Shown: positions 37,982 through 48,272 of the stretch, one piece after another
Layout of the letters: the number at the start of each line of letters is the position of its first letter
Position numbering within the stretch: position 1 is the first letter of the stretch
Translations under genes and position numbers: made by a program
Assembly (NCBI GenBank): GCA_963768165.1
Contig: CAVYHJ010000002.1
Location: 389,067-453,066, forward strand
Direction: 5' to 3'
Length of the DNA: 64,000 nucleotides
Source: an uncultured bacterium
GTDB lineage: Bacteria; UBP4; UBA4092
The notes under the pieces: model-generated
The model's database searches: none
What the model was told of the DNA's origin: nothing
Seen by the model: the letters and a program-made list of their open reading frames with translations, nothing else

Positions 37982-39298
37982 TCATTCCTGCCTTTTTTCC
38001 CTATCTTTTTCCAAGAACGCCCAATCATCGGTGATAAGTCTGGCTCCCTTGGTATAGGTGACATAGGCATACGCCCATTCAAAAAGGACGAGGAAACGGT
38101 TGCGGAATCCGATGAGCCAGATAATATGAATGAACAGCCAGCTTAGCCAGGCGAGAAATCCGGTCAATTGAGTAAACCCAAGGTCTGCAATCGCCAGATT
38201 ACGACCAATGGTTGCCATACTGCCAAGGTCTTTATAATGAAACGGAACCATCCCCTTGCTGGAAATAACCGACTTAATATTCCGCGCGGCATGTCTGCCT
38301 TGTTGAATGGCAACTTGGGCAACACCGGGAAGAGAACCGAGAGATTGCCGCGTCGCTTCGCTCCTCGCAATGACAAAACAGGCTATATCACCGATAACTT
38401 GAATTTCCGGATGACCGGGAAGCGTCAGGTCTTCATTCACAATTACGCGTCCCGCTTTATCCAAAGGAACGCCGAGAGATTTGGCAAGAGGGGAGGCGAC
38501 ATTTCCCGCCGCCCAAAGAATCGTATGCGCGCGAATTCTTTTTCCGTTCACTTCTACTTCTTTTTCATTCAATACGTTCACTCTGGAATTACACTGGACT
38601 TCAATACCCAGCGATTGCAATTGCTTAACAGCACTCGCAATCAGTTTTTCGGAATACATCGGCAGAATGTTAGGTTCTGCTTCAAACAATAAAATCTTCG
38701 CTTGTCTTGGATCAATATGTCGAAAATCTTTAACTAAAGTAAATTTGGCAATTTCAGCAATCGCTCCCGCTAATTCCACTCCTGTCGGTCCTCCTCCTAC
38801 GATAATAAAAGTTAAAGTGGCTGTCTTTTCTTCAGGAGTGGCCGCCTTTTCAGCCGATTCAAAGGCTGTCAAAATCCTTCTGCGAATTTCCAAGGCATCT
38901 TCCAGACTCTTTAATCCCGGCGCGTATTTCTCCCATTCATCTTTCCCAAAATAAGAATGGCGCGCTCCGGTGGCGATAATGAGATAATCATAGGGCAAGG
39001 TGAGTCCATCGGTGATGACTTGTTTATTGGCAACATCAATATGTTTCGCCTCCGCCAACAGGACTTCCACATTTTTTTGCTTTCGCAAAATACTGCGGAT
39101 GGGCGCGGAAATATTGGCGGGAGATAATCCCGCGGTCGCTACCTGATAAAGCAATGGTTGAAAAACATGATGATTTTTTCGGTCAAGGAGAGTAATTTCA
39201 ACAGGAGACTTCGCCAACTCTTTCGCCGCGTATAACCCGCCAAATCCCCCGCCGATAATAATCACTAGTGGATTGGATCTAAGCGGTCCGGGACTCAT
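37982..39298 (-). CDS. ndh: type II NADH dehydrogenase (NDH-2)
   Basis: LVIIIGGGFGGLYAAKEL… FAD site and second GxGxxG (FIIVGGGPTGVELAG); preferred start ATG 39298 (alternative 39340). Confidence 0.75.
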   Translation of the reverse strand: MSPGPLRSNPLVIIIGGGFGGLYAAKELAKSPVEITLLDRKNHHVFQPLLYQVATAGLSPANISAPIRSILRKQKNVEVLLAEAKHIDVANKQVITDGLTLPYDYLIIATGARHSYFGKDEWEKYAPGLKSLEDALEIRRRILTAFESAEKAATPEEKTATLTFIIVGGGPTGVELAGAIAEIAKFTLVKDFRHIDPRQAKILLFEAEPNILPMYSEKLIASAVKQLQSLGIEVQCNSRVNVLNEKEVEVNGKRIRAHTILWAAGNVASPLAKSLGVPLDKAGRVIVNEDLTLPGHPEIQVIGDIACFVIARSEATRQSLGSLPGVAQVAIQQGRHAARNIKSVISSKGMVPFHYKDLGSMATIGRNLAIADLGFTQLTGFLAWLSWLFIHIIWLIGFRNRFLVLFEWAYAYVTYTKGARLITDDWAFLEKDREKRQE

Positions 39299-39302
39299 AG
39301 AA

Positions 39303-40223
39303 TCAAGGTTTACTATGAGCAATTTCAGTGGCTTGGTCAATGATTTTTGGATTTAGCGGGGTATCCATCAATTCAAGATTTTGCTTAAGATGATGAATGT
39401 TTTTCGTGCCCGCTAAAACGGAATTGACATGGGGGTTACGATAGAGAAATTGGAGTGCGAGCGCGGTGAGTTTATCCCCGTCCCCATTTACCAAATCCAG
39501 ATAAGCCTTGATTTTCTTTTGGTTTCTTTCGTTTTCTTTTTGGAGATGCGGAATAACCCGTCGGGTTAATCTGCCATACGCCAGTCCGCCGCGAAGGATA
39601 ACACCGATACCCTTTTTTCCGCATTGCTCAATCAAATGTTCATCGTTCACGTTCAGCAAACTATAATCCATTTGCAACACGTCGAAATCTCCCGATTCAA
39701 TACATTGCCGGGCAATATCCCCCGCCGGAGAAGCGCCGATAAACCGTGCTTTGCCTTCGGCTTTGGCATCCTTCATGGCTTTAACGGTTTCGCCCGAATC
39801 CAATACTTTCTGCGGGTCGGGACCAAAATGGATTTGAATCAAGTTAACGTATGGGGTATTTAACAATTTAAGGCTTAAATCAATGGAGTCTTTGACCGCT
39901 TTATACGAAAAATCGTAATAAGTGGTTGGCTCCACAGAATGTTCCCCGCATTTGGTGGCAAGAAAATATTCCCTACGACGATGGGAAATATATTTCCCGA
40001 TACGCTCTTCGCTTTTAAAATAGGCGCGTGCTGAATCCACCATATTGATTCCCAAATCCAATACGGCGTTTAAGACTTTCCCTGCTTCTTCTTCCTCCGG
40101 GCGAGTTTTCTCAGAAGGGTCTCCCAGTCCCCAGTCCCGGCCTATTTCCAATGCTCCAAATCCGATAAATGTGACCCCTGCTCCGGTATTCCCCAACGCG
40201 CGTTTTTCCAACCCTTTGTACAT
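39303..40223 (-). CDS. aldo/keto reductase
   Basis: 306 aa; MYKGLEKRALGNTGAGVTFIGFGALEIG…; ends 4 nt before ndh start. Confidence 0.8.
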   Translation of the reverse strand: MYKGLEKRALGNTGAGVTFIGFGALEIGRDWGLGDPSEKTRPEEEEAGKVLNAVLDLGINMVDSARAYFKSEERIGKYISHRRREYFLATKCGEHSVEPTTYYDFSYKAVKDSIDLSLKLLNTPYVNLIQIHFGPDPQKVLDSGETVKAMKDAKAEGKARFIGASPAGDIARQCIESGDFDVLQMDYSLLNVNDEHLIEQCGKKGIGVILRGGLAYGRLTRRVIPHLQKENERNQKKIKAYLDLVNGDGDKLTALALQFLYRNPHVNSVLAGTKNIHHLKQNLELMDTPLNPKIIDQATEIAHSKP

Positions 40224-40282
40224 ACTTTTCTCCTTTTGATGAGTATAGAGAATTATACCAGATGGTCTAAATCATTGACAGA

Positions 40283-41644
40283 ATGACGGGTTTCCCGTAT
40301 CATCGTAAAATGTATTCAAAAAAAGGAGTCTTTATTATGAAGTGTTATAATTGGATATCTTGTTTAATTGGGGTAACTTTTATTCTATCCGTTGCCCCAT
40401 CTAATAGTAAAACCCATACCTATACTTGGGCGAAGGGAAATATCGAGATAACCGCGAACGGGGTCTTGGAACAACCCGGAACCAATGATGCCCAAAATAG
40501 CATTTTGGTGAAAGAAGCAACACGTACCGCGGGGTATCGCTCTGTGGAGAGGTTTTTATCGGCACTCCCCTTGGACAGTACACGCAATATAGGTATCTTG
40601 GGAAAATCCAATACGGAATTCGCGCGCCAATTAAATCAATGGATTATCATGAATAGCTTGATCACGAATTTTAAATTTACCTCGGATTCCACAGGCAGTG
40701 TGAAGATTTCAGTCGATGCCCAGCAATTTGCCAAATTTATATCCCGTTACGATAAACCGGTTATCGTCAAAACGAAAACAGCACCCGTAAAGACGGCAAA
40801 GAGTCTCGCTTCCGATACTTCAAAAATGGGAAAAAATTTCGCTCTCGATACTTCTAAGCCTCCTAAAACGCTGGCGGTAGATACAGCTAAAAGGGAAAAG
40901 CATATAGCTGTTGATACATCTAAAACAATAAAAAGTCTGGCCGTTGACACAACGAAACCGGAAAATAATCTTGCCATGGATACGTCAAAAATGGGAAAGT
41001 CTGTCTCCGTGAATACGTCTAGAACGGTTGAACCTGTTGCTTTTGATACGAGTTCAGTAGCAATGAAAAAACCTGTTCCCGTAGGTGTTCCAAATACTCA
41101 AGAGAGTCCTATTCTCAGCGCAAGTTCAACAAATATGAACTCTCCTATCATACAACCTAATCCGTTGAGAGAGGGATTCAGACCCGGATTCAGACCTGAT
41201 AACGGGAGAATGATACAGCCGGGTTCTCGGAGATTGATTCAGGCGGATGTGCAGATGGATGTTGCTAAAGATACCTCAATTCCCGAAAATATACGAATCT
41301 CACAGGCGGAAGCAGGCATTCGGGGAAAGGAAAAACAGGAATTATATCGTCAAATAGCTGATACACCGGTATCTGGTAATATGACTTATACTCAATGGAT
41401 TCACGCCCATCCGGAGTATGAGGATTCTTCAAATGCAGCGATTGAAAACAATACCATGATGGGCAAACCGCAATGGAATGCGGATTCTACTCAAGTAAAA
41501 CTCAATGGCAGGATAGAATTGCGATTTCTTCTCATGGCAGTGAGACAAGCGGAAATGAAAATTCAAAATGCCAATACTCCTGTGTCCAAAGACACTACGA
41601 AGGTAATGCCCTCACCACCTCCGCCACCCGCGGTCAAAAATTAA
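40283..41644 (+). CDS. secreted repeat protein with ~8 tandem 11-aa K(S/T)LAVDTSK-type repeats (likely start near 40337 MKCYNW)
   Basis: Signal peptide MKCYNWISCLIGVTFILSVAPS; repeats KSLASDTSKMGKNFALDTSKPPKTLAVDTAKREKHIAVDTSKTIKSLAVDTTKPENNLAMDTSKMGKSVSVNTSR; Pro-rich C-terminus. Confidence 0.5.
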   Translation: MTGFPYHRKMYSKKGVFIMKCYNWISCLIGVTFILSVAPSNSKTHTYTWAKGNIEITANGVLEQPGTNDAQNSILVKEATRTAGYRSVERFLSALPLDSTRNIGILGKSNTEFARQLNQWIIMNSLITNFKFTSDSTGSVKISVDAQQFAKFISRYDKPVIVKTKTAPVKTAKSLASDTSKMGKNFALDTSKPPKTLAVDTAKREKHIAVDTSKTIKSLAVDTTKPENNLAMDTSKMGKSVSVNTSRTVEPVAFDTSSVAMKKPVPVGVPNTQESPILSASSTNMNSPIIQPNPLREGFRPGFRPDNGRMIQPGSRRLIQADVQMDVAKDTSIPENIRISQAEAGIRGKEKQELYRQIADTPVSGNMTYTQWIHAHPEYEDSSNAAIENNTMMGKPQWNADSTQVKLNGRIELRFLLMAVRQAEMKIQNANTPVSKDTTKVMPSPPPPPAVKN

Positions 41645-41746
41645 AGCCATGCGGTCGGGAGACATAGAGCGGGAAATCCACTTGCAATGGGCTTAATCCG
41701 CACAGGCATGATATTGCCAAACAATTAACTTTTAACTTATAATTTC

Positions 41747-43123
41747 GTGCTTATGACCAAACCAGAACCAACCATACTAGTCGTTGACGATGAACCGGAA
41801 TCGTTATCCGTGATGAGTGAATCATTGGAACGGGTGGGTTATCATGTTGTCCCGGCGAAAAGTGGTGCCGAAGCGTTTCAATATTTGACAGCGAATGATG
41901 TGGATGTAGTGTTAACGGATTTAAAAATGCCCACCATAGACGGCATGGAAATTCTGACAGCTGCGCGGAAAAACGACCCCAATACCGCCGTCATTATCAT
42001 TACCGGATATGGAACCATTGAAACCGCCGTTGAAGCTATGAAAGCTGGTGCGTTTCATTATTTGACCAAACCGATTAATGTGGAAGAATTGCGTTTAACT
42101 GTGAAAAAAGCGCTGGAACGAAAAGACCTGATTACGGAAAATATAGATTTAAAACGGAAGGTCGAACGTAAATTTGGGTTTGAAAATATTATTGCCAATT
42201 CCCAGCGGATGCATGAGATTCTGGATACGGTCGCACAGATTGCGCCCACCCGCGCCAATGTCCTGATTACTGGAGAAAGCGGTACCGGCAAAGAATTGAT
42301 TGCCAACGCCATCCATTATAATAGTCCCCGCAAAGACCAGCCGTTCGTGAAACTCAATTGTGCCGTGTTGGCGGAAGGAGTATTGGAAAGCGAACTCTTT
42401 GGCCATGAAAAAGGCGCGTTCACCGGGGCGGTTAAAAGCCGCAAAGGCCGGTTCGAAATGGCGGATGGCGGAACTATTTTTCTGGATGAAATTGGTGACA
42501 TTCCCCCGTCCACTCAGGTAAAATTATTGCGTGTATTGGAGGAACGTGAATTTGTCCGTGTGGGCGGTACGGAGAATATTAAAGTGGATGTCCGCCTTAT
42601 TACGGCCACCAATCGAGATTTGAAAAAGGCTATCGAAGAAGGAAAATTTAGAGAAGATTTGTTTTTTCGATTGAATGTGATAAGCATAGAACTTCCCCCT
42701 CTGCGGGAACGGCAGGAAGACATTCCGCTTATGGTACAGCGCTTTTTGGAAGAGTTTTGTCAGGAAAATAATAAACCTGTGATGACTCTCAGTCATGGTG
42801 CGCTGGAGGTTTTGGTACATTATTCATGGCCGGGAAATGTGAGAGAATTAAAAAATGTGATTGAAAGTCTGGTAGTACGTTTGAATAAAAAGGAAATCAA
42901 AGTGGAGGATTTGCCGGATCAGATTTCTCATTCGTCGGGAAGACGTTCCGGGAACATGAGCGTTGGTCTTTCTCTGAAGGAAATGGAAAAAGAATTAATT
43001 CGGCGCACGTTGCAATCGGTCAATGGGAACAGGACTAAAGCCTCGCAAATATTGAAAATTGGATTACGTACATTACAACGTAAGGTCAAAGAATATCAAT
43101 TGGATAACGATACAAGGAGTTAA
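41747..43123 (+). CDS. sigma-54-dependent response regulator (NtrC family)
   Basis: Receiver domain (…[14 protein letters not shown]…), AAA+ with GESGTGKEL Walker A and GAFTGA sigma-54 contact motif, C-terminal Fis-type HTH. Confidence 0.85.
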   Translation: MLMTKPEPTILVVDDEPESLSVMSESLERVGYHVVPAKSGAEAFQYLTANDVDVVLTDLKMPTIDGMEILTAARKNDPNTAVIIITGYGTIETAVEAMKAGAFHYLTKPINVEELRLTVKKALERKDLITENIDLKRKVERKFGFENIIANSQRMHEILDTVAQIAPTRANVLITGESGTGKELIANAIHYNSPRKDQPFVKLNCAVLAEGVLESELFGHEKGAFTGAVKSRKGRFEMADGGTIFLDEIGDIPPSTQVKLLRVLEEREFVRVGGTENIKVDVRLITATNRDLKKAIEEGKFREDLFFRLNVISIELPPLRERQEDIPLMVQRFLEEFCQENNKPVMTLSHGALEVLVHYSWPGNVRELKNVIESLVVRLNKKEIKVEDLPDQISHSSGRRSGNMSVGLSLKEMEKELIRRTLQSVNGNRTKASQILKIGLRTLQRKVKEYQLDNDTRS

Positions 43124-43132
43124 ATAATTATT

Positions 43133-44356
43133 ATGGCGATTATCGTACAAAAATATGGCGGAAAATCGGTGGCAACTCCCGAATTAATGAAAGATATTGC
43201 ACGGCGTATTTTGCGAATGAAAAAGAAAGAAGACCAGATTGTTGTCGTTGTTTCAGCGATGGGCAGTACCACCGATGAATTGTTGAAAAAGGCCGATAAA
43301 ATAAGCCCCAATAATGACCCGCGTGAAATGGATATGCTGGTATCTATTGGGGAACAAGAAGCGATTGCCATGATGGCTATGGCGATTCAAGCAGAAGGTC
43401 ATCCGGCGGTTTCCTTTACCGGAATTCAGGCGGGGATTCGCACGGATTCCCGGCACATGTTCGCGCGCATTACCCGGATTTATCCCAATCGTATTCTTGA
43501 CGAATTGGATAAAGGCAAAATTGTCGTAGTGGCTGGATTTCAGGGGATGACCCCGGAAGAGGAAATTTCTACACTGGGACGCGGCGGGTCGGATTTAACC
43601 GCTGTCGCGTTGGCGGCCAGTTTGAAAGCGGAAGTCTGTGAAAAATACACCGATGAAATTGGTGTTTTCACGGCCAATCCCAAAATCGTTCCCGACGCCC
43701 GGAAAATTGATGTACTGTCCTATGATGAAATGATTGAAATGTCATCCCTCGGTGCCAAGGTTTTACAGGCCCGTTCGGTTCTATTTGCTAAAAAACATAA
43801 TGTCAATATTCGAGTCCGTTCCAGCATTGTCGAAGATGTCGGAACATTAATTACCAAGGAGGCGAGAGCCATGGAAGAAGTTGTTGTCTCAAGTGTTATT
43901 CCTGAAAAAGAAGCGAAAATTACCATTTTGAGCGTTCCCGACAGGCCGGGAATTGCCGCCACCGTGTTCGGGAAAATCGCCGAACAGGAAATTAGTGTGG
44001 ATATGATTATCCAAAATGTCAGTGAAGAACGGAAAACCGATATTACCTTTACAGTAGCGCGGGGAAGTTATAAACAAGCTCTTAAAATATCCAATCAAAT
44101 CAAGGATGAGATTCAAGCACGGGAAGTCAAAGGCGATGACAAAATCGGCAAAGTCTCCGTGGTCGGTGTCGGTATGAAATCTACCCCCGGAATCGCCGCG
44201 GCCATGTTCCAGGCTTTATCCGCCAAAAATATCAATATCGAAATGATCAGTACGTCCGAAATTCGTATTTCCTGCGTCATCCCGGAAGAAAAACTCGACG
44301 AAGCCGTGAAAGTATTACACGAGAAATTTCAATTGGGCAAAAAAGCGGGAGCGTAA
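43133..44356 (+). CDS. lysC: aspartate kinase
   Basis: MAIIVQKYGGKSVATPE… kinase N-terminus, two C-terminal ACT domains. Confidence 0.85.
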   Translation: MAIIVQKYGGKSVATPELMKDIARRILRMKKKEDQIVVVVSAMGSTTDELLKKADKISPNNDPREMDMLVSIGEQEAIAMMAMAIQAEGHPAVSFTGIQAGIRTDSRHMFARITRIYPNRILDELDKGKIVVVAGFQGMTPEEEISTLGRGGSDLTAVALAASLKAEVCEKYTDEIGVFTANPKIVPDARKIDVLSYDEMIEMSSLGAKVLQARSVLFAKKHNVNIRVRSSIVEDVGTLITKEARAMEEVVVSSVIPEKEAKITILSVPDRPGIAATVFGKIAEQEISVDMIIQNVSEERKTDITFTVARGSYKQALKISNQIKDEIQAREVKGDDKIGKVSVVGVGMKSTPGIAAAMFQALSAKNINIEMISTSEIRISCVIPEEKLDEAVKVLHEKFQLGKKAGA

Positions 44357-44361
44357 TCGCG

Positions 44362-44814
44362 CTAGGGAAAAAACCGTTTCAAGACCGCTAATCGAATGAA
44401 CACCAGCAGCCCCGCGCCTAGGAGCCAGGTACAGACCGACAATAGAATACAAGGTAATATCTTAAATCGGTAACTGGCCCAATAGAGGGTTAACGCGAAT
44501 ATGACCCAGACCGGAATGGAAGCCAGACTCCAAATCAGGTCTTCCCGGACTTGGGCCATACCGTTCGCGGAACCGATAAAATATAAAGCGGAGATGCTGA
44601 TTACCGGAAATAATAACAATAATCCGGCGAGAAAACTTAGCCGGGTTTGTGATAACCACAGTATCAATGCAACAAATAGACCGCTGATAGCGGCTTTTAA
44701 GAGTATAATGATAGTAACTCCTTTCATTAGAATTGAAAAATAAAATTTTATCATGGAGACTTTTTCTTGACAAATAACCGAATTCACGGCTACTGTAGTA
44801 TTCAAAATATTCAA
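44362..44814 (-). CDS. hypothetical small membrane protein
   Basis: 150 aa, ~4 TM helices, no motif recognised. Confidence 0.35.
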   Translation of the reverse strand: MNILNTTVAVNSVICQEKVSMIKFYFSILMKGVTIIILLKAAISGLFVALILWLSQTRLSFLAGLLLLFPVISISALYFIGSANGMAQVREDLIWSLASIPVWVIFALTLYWASYRFKILPCILLSVCTWLLGAGLLVFIRLAVLKRFFP

Positions 44815-44856
44815 TAGAAACGGGTTTCAAAATCCATAAAAAAACAGGGGACTGCT

Positions 44857-45342
44857 ATGGACATGAAAGAAATTAAAAAATTGATTGATTTGGCAATTAA
44901 ATCCGATTTGGCGGAATTGGAATATACACAGGGAGAAACCAAAATCCGAATTGTGCGTGGCATGAATCCGCAAATCCAATTCCCGCTTCACCCTCCCACA
45001 CTGATTTCCGGACAAACCTCTCCGCATCAATTGACCGCCTCATCCGTAGAAGCAACACCCGTGGGAGACAAGGTGCCGGATTCTTCCGCCAAAGAACAGC
45101 AATATGACCAGATTACCTCGCCTATGGTTGGAACTTTCTATCGCGCCTCGGCGCCGGATGCCGACCCCTATGTGGAAGTGGATGCTGTAGTGGAAGCTGA
45201 CCAAACCGTATGTATTATCGAAGCTATGAAATTGATGAATGAAATTAAATCCGAATTCAAATGCAAGATTATTGAAATATTGGTTGAAAACGGACACGCT
45301 GTCGAATTCGGACAACCGTTGTTTAAGGTGCAGAAATTATAA
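44857..45342 (+). CDS. accB: acetyl-CoA carboxylase biotin carboxyl carrier protein
   Basis: C-terminal biotinyl domain with EAMKLMNEI biotinylation motif. Confidence 0.85.
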   Translation: MDMKEIKKLIDLAIKSDLAELEYTQGETKIRIVRGMNPQIQFPLHPPTLISGQTSPHQLTASSVEATPVGDKVPDSSAKEQQYDQITSPMVGTFYRASAPDADPYVEVDAVVEADQTVCIIEAMKLMNEIKSEFKCKIIEILVENGHAVEFGQPLFKVQKL

Positions 45343-45405
45343 ATCACCACCCCTTTTGATTCCCCCTCCTTAATTAAGGAGGAGGATAGGGAGTGGTCTA
45401 TTCTT

Positions 45406-46758
45406 ATGTTTCAAAAAATATTGATTGCCAATCGCGGGGAAATCGCTCTCCGCATTATCCGGGCCTGCAAGGAAATGGGTATTCGGACTGTGGCCGTTTA
45501 TTCTGAAGCCGATGCCGACAGTCTTCATGTTCAGTATGCCGATGAAAGTGTTTGTATCGGACGCGCACCCAGTGCCCAAAGCTATCTCCAAGTTCCTGCC
45601 ATCATTAGCGCCGCGGAAATTACCGATGCCGAAGCCATTCATCCCGGGTACGGGTTCCTTTCTGAAAACGCCCATTTTGCGGAAATTGTCGAATCCTGCA
45701 ATATCAAATTCATAGGCCCGACTCCCGAATCCATTCGTGCGATGGGGAATAAATCCGTTGCCAAACAAACCGCGTTGAATGCCGGTGTACCCGTGACCCC
45801 GGGTTCTGATGGGCCGGTTAAAACCATTGATGAATGTATTTTTACAGCCCATAAAATCGGGTTTCCTGTCATCATCAAAGCTTCAGCGGGCGGTGGCGGA
45901 CGTGGAATGAGAATCGCGCATACCGACGTAAGTCTGGCAGCAGCGCTGGGGACCGCGCAGGCGGAAGCGGAAGCAGGATTTGGAAACTCCGAAGTGTATC
46001 TCGAAAAATATATCGATGAACCCAGGCATGTCGAAATTCAAATCTTGGGGGACGCTCACGGCAACATCATTCATCTGGGAGAGCGGGATTGTACTCTCCA
46101 GCGCCGACATCAGAAACTGGTGGAAGAATCGCCTTCACCAGTGCTCGATGGTGAATTGCGCAAAAAAATCGGGGAAGCGGCAGTGGCAGTCGCCAAATCT
46201 GTGAATTACCAAAATGCCGGCACCATTGAATTCCTCCTTGATAAAAATAATAATTTTTATTTTATGGAAATGAATACCCGCGTCCAAGTGGAACATCCTG
46301 TCACCGAAATGGTGACCGGGGTGGACATCATCAAAGAACAATTGCGCGTCGCCTTCGGGGAAAAACTTACCTATACCCAAAAAAATCTGGAATTGCACGG
46401 ACATGCGATTGAATGTCGCATCAATGCCGAAGACTATACCAAAAACTTCATGCCCATGCCCGGAAAAATAACTTCCTATCATCCTCCCGGCGGTCCCGGC
46501 GTTCGCGTGGACAGTCACATCTATTCGGAATATGTCGTCCCCAGTCAGTATGATTCCCTGCTCGCCAAACTCATTGTCCACGCTCCCACGCGCGATCAAG
46601 CTATCTCCCGCATGTTGCGCGCTCTGGATGAATATATCATCGAAGGGATTCCTACTACCATTCCCTTTCACCAAATTCTTCTCAACCGTCCGGAATTCCG
46701 ACGGGGGACCTTCGACACACATTTCGTCGAACGCCTCCTCGAATCCATGCATTCCTAA
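45406..46758 (+). CDS. accC: acetyl-CoA carboxylase biotin carboxylase subunit
   Basis: 450 aa; [26 protein letters not shown]… and ATP-grasp blocks. Confidence 0.9.
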   Translation: MFQKILIANRGEIALRIIRACKEMGIRTVAVYSEADADSLHVQYADESVCIGRAPSAQSYLQVPAIISAAEITDAEAIHPGYGFLSENAHFAEIVESCNIKFIGPTPESIRAMGNKSVAKQTALNAGVPVTPGSDGPVKTIDECIFTAHKIGFPVIIKASAGGGGRGMRIAHTDVSLAAALGTAQAEAEAGFGNSEVYLEKYIDEPRHVEIQILGDAHGNIIHLGERDCTLQRRHQKLVEESPSPVLDGELRKKIGEAAVAVAKSVNYQNAGTIEFLLDKNNNFYFMEMNTRVQVEHPVTEMVTGVDIIKEQLRVAFGEKLTYTQKNLELHGHAIECRINAEDYTKNFMPMPGKITSYHPPGGPGVRVDSHIYSEYVVPSQYDSLLAKLIVHAPTRDQAISRMLRALDEYIIEGIPTTIPFHQILLNRPEFRRGTFDTHFVERLLESMHS

Positions 46759-47197
46759 ACTCTTCTGCAAATGCAGAAAAGTTAAACTATTGATTCTATT
46801 GAAGATAAATTGTTGGCATTTGCCGACACTTATTTCATCATTCCCATGAAATCCCAGGCAGGTTTTTTAGTGCATGGAACAAAGAATTTCGACCTCCTAT
46901 GCTCGTGTAAGCGGAATTGAAAATAACAATTCCGCTCCTTCTCCGCTCCATAATGCCAAATTGGCATGTTTGGGATTCCCATGAAATGGTGGAAAGTGTG
47001 GACAGTGGCGACACTTTTTAACGCATTCCGCGAAATCGTAAGCTTTCCACAGTTGCGGAAAGGTGGTGGATTCCAGCCAGCGGGAATATTTCTCCATTTG
47101 GCGAAATATTTTTATAGAATTGATTTTATTGAGGATAGAAACTTTGTACGTTCGTACAAAGTTTCTCATACTCAAGATTCCTTCAAGAAAAAGTTAG

Positions 47198-48118
47198 TTA
47201 CTTCTGTGCACCTTTCTCTTTGAGTAATCGGGCAATTTCAGTGTAATTTTTAATTTCGGCATAATATAGTGGAGTATATTCGTTGTAAACTCTAATATTT
47301 ACATTTACTCCTTTATTCAATAAAAGTTTTACCACCTCTGTTTTTCCATATAAAGAAGCATAAAGAAGTGCAGTGCTTCCTGAATCATCAACGTTGTCAA
47401 CCTTTGCTCCATGATCTAATAAATATTGAACTGCTTCAGTATATCCATTGTATGCAGCTATTATAAGTGGAGTAAACCCTCTATCCAATGATTTATTATT
47501 AATATCAATAGGTTTATTTAGAATAAATTTAATTGTTTTCATATCCCCTTTCCCACAAGCACGACGCAATCCCCACTCATAAATAGGTACAGAATTTGTA
47601 AATACATAGAATATTACGACTAATACTGCAATCAAGTTATGAAGGCCATGTATGGATGAGATGACGCCAAAAGATTCTTTAAATGAATATCGGCGGCATA
47701 GTAAATAAACAGTTGCATAGAATATTCCTATAAAAAACATATCAATGCATTTTACGATTCCCCATTGATAATGTCCTATTGAAAAAATAAGGGCTGAAAA
47801 AAGTACAATATACTTGGATGAGAATTTGAAATATTTCATGATTTCAATCGGAATTACTTGCGCTAGAATAGTCTCTACAACAGGCCCTAATATACCCACA
47901 ATTAATATAGCTAAAAAGGGATGCATTAAAATTAAATAATCGTGATAAATAAAATTATTGTTTTCTTTAAATAATGTCGGTAAATCTTTTAAAAACAAAA
48001 TTATTCCAAATGGAAGTTCTGCTATTAAACTAATGATAACTATAGTAGGGATAAGAATTAATAAACGGGGTTTGTAATCACTCTTAAAAGATAGATTTTC
48101 TTTTATTGTATGAAACAT
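47198..48118 (-). CDS. CPBP-family (CAAX protease/Abi-like) membrane domain fused to C-terminal ankyrin repeats
   Basis: 306 aa; TM region with FSIGH (FxxxH) and HGLHN (HxxxN) CPBP motifs, EExxxR motif degenerate (VVETILAQ); three ANK repeats (GFTPLIIAAYNGYTEAVQYLLDHGAKVDNVDDSGSTALLYASLYGKTEVVKLLLNKGVNVN…). Confidence 0.55.
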   Translation of the reverse strand: MFHTIKENLSFKSDYKPRLLILIPTIVIISLIAELPFGIILFLKDLPTLFKENNNFIYHDYLILMHPFLAILIVGILGPVVETILAQVIPIEIMKYFKFSSKYIVLFSALIFSIGHYQWGIVKCIDMFFIGIFYATVYLLCRRYSFKESFGVISSIHGLHNLIAVLVVIFYVFTNSVPIYEWGLRRACGKGDMKTIKFILNKPIDINNKSLDRGFTPLIIAAYNGYTEAVQYLLDHGAKVDNVDDSGSTALLYASLYGKTEVVKLLLNKGVNVNIRVYNEYTPLYYAEIKNYTEIARLLKEKGAQK

Positions 48119-48272
48119 TTCGTTATTGATAGATTTTACTTACTACCAGAGTCGAAAAAAGAAAGGTACTTATTCCCAATCAGAAAACTAACCCTATAAT
48201 ATAGCGTATCCATTAAGTGAGAATATACCAAAGAAGACAAAAATGGGCAAGGAAAATAGAACGACAAAAATC

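Noticed and set aside
38168-38954. Plus-strand ORFs 38168-38692 and 38481-38954
   Set aside because: They are antisense to the NDH-2 gene, with Arg/Asn-rich composition typical of shadow frames.
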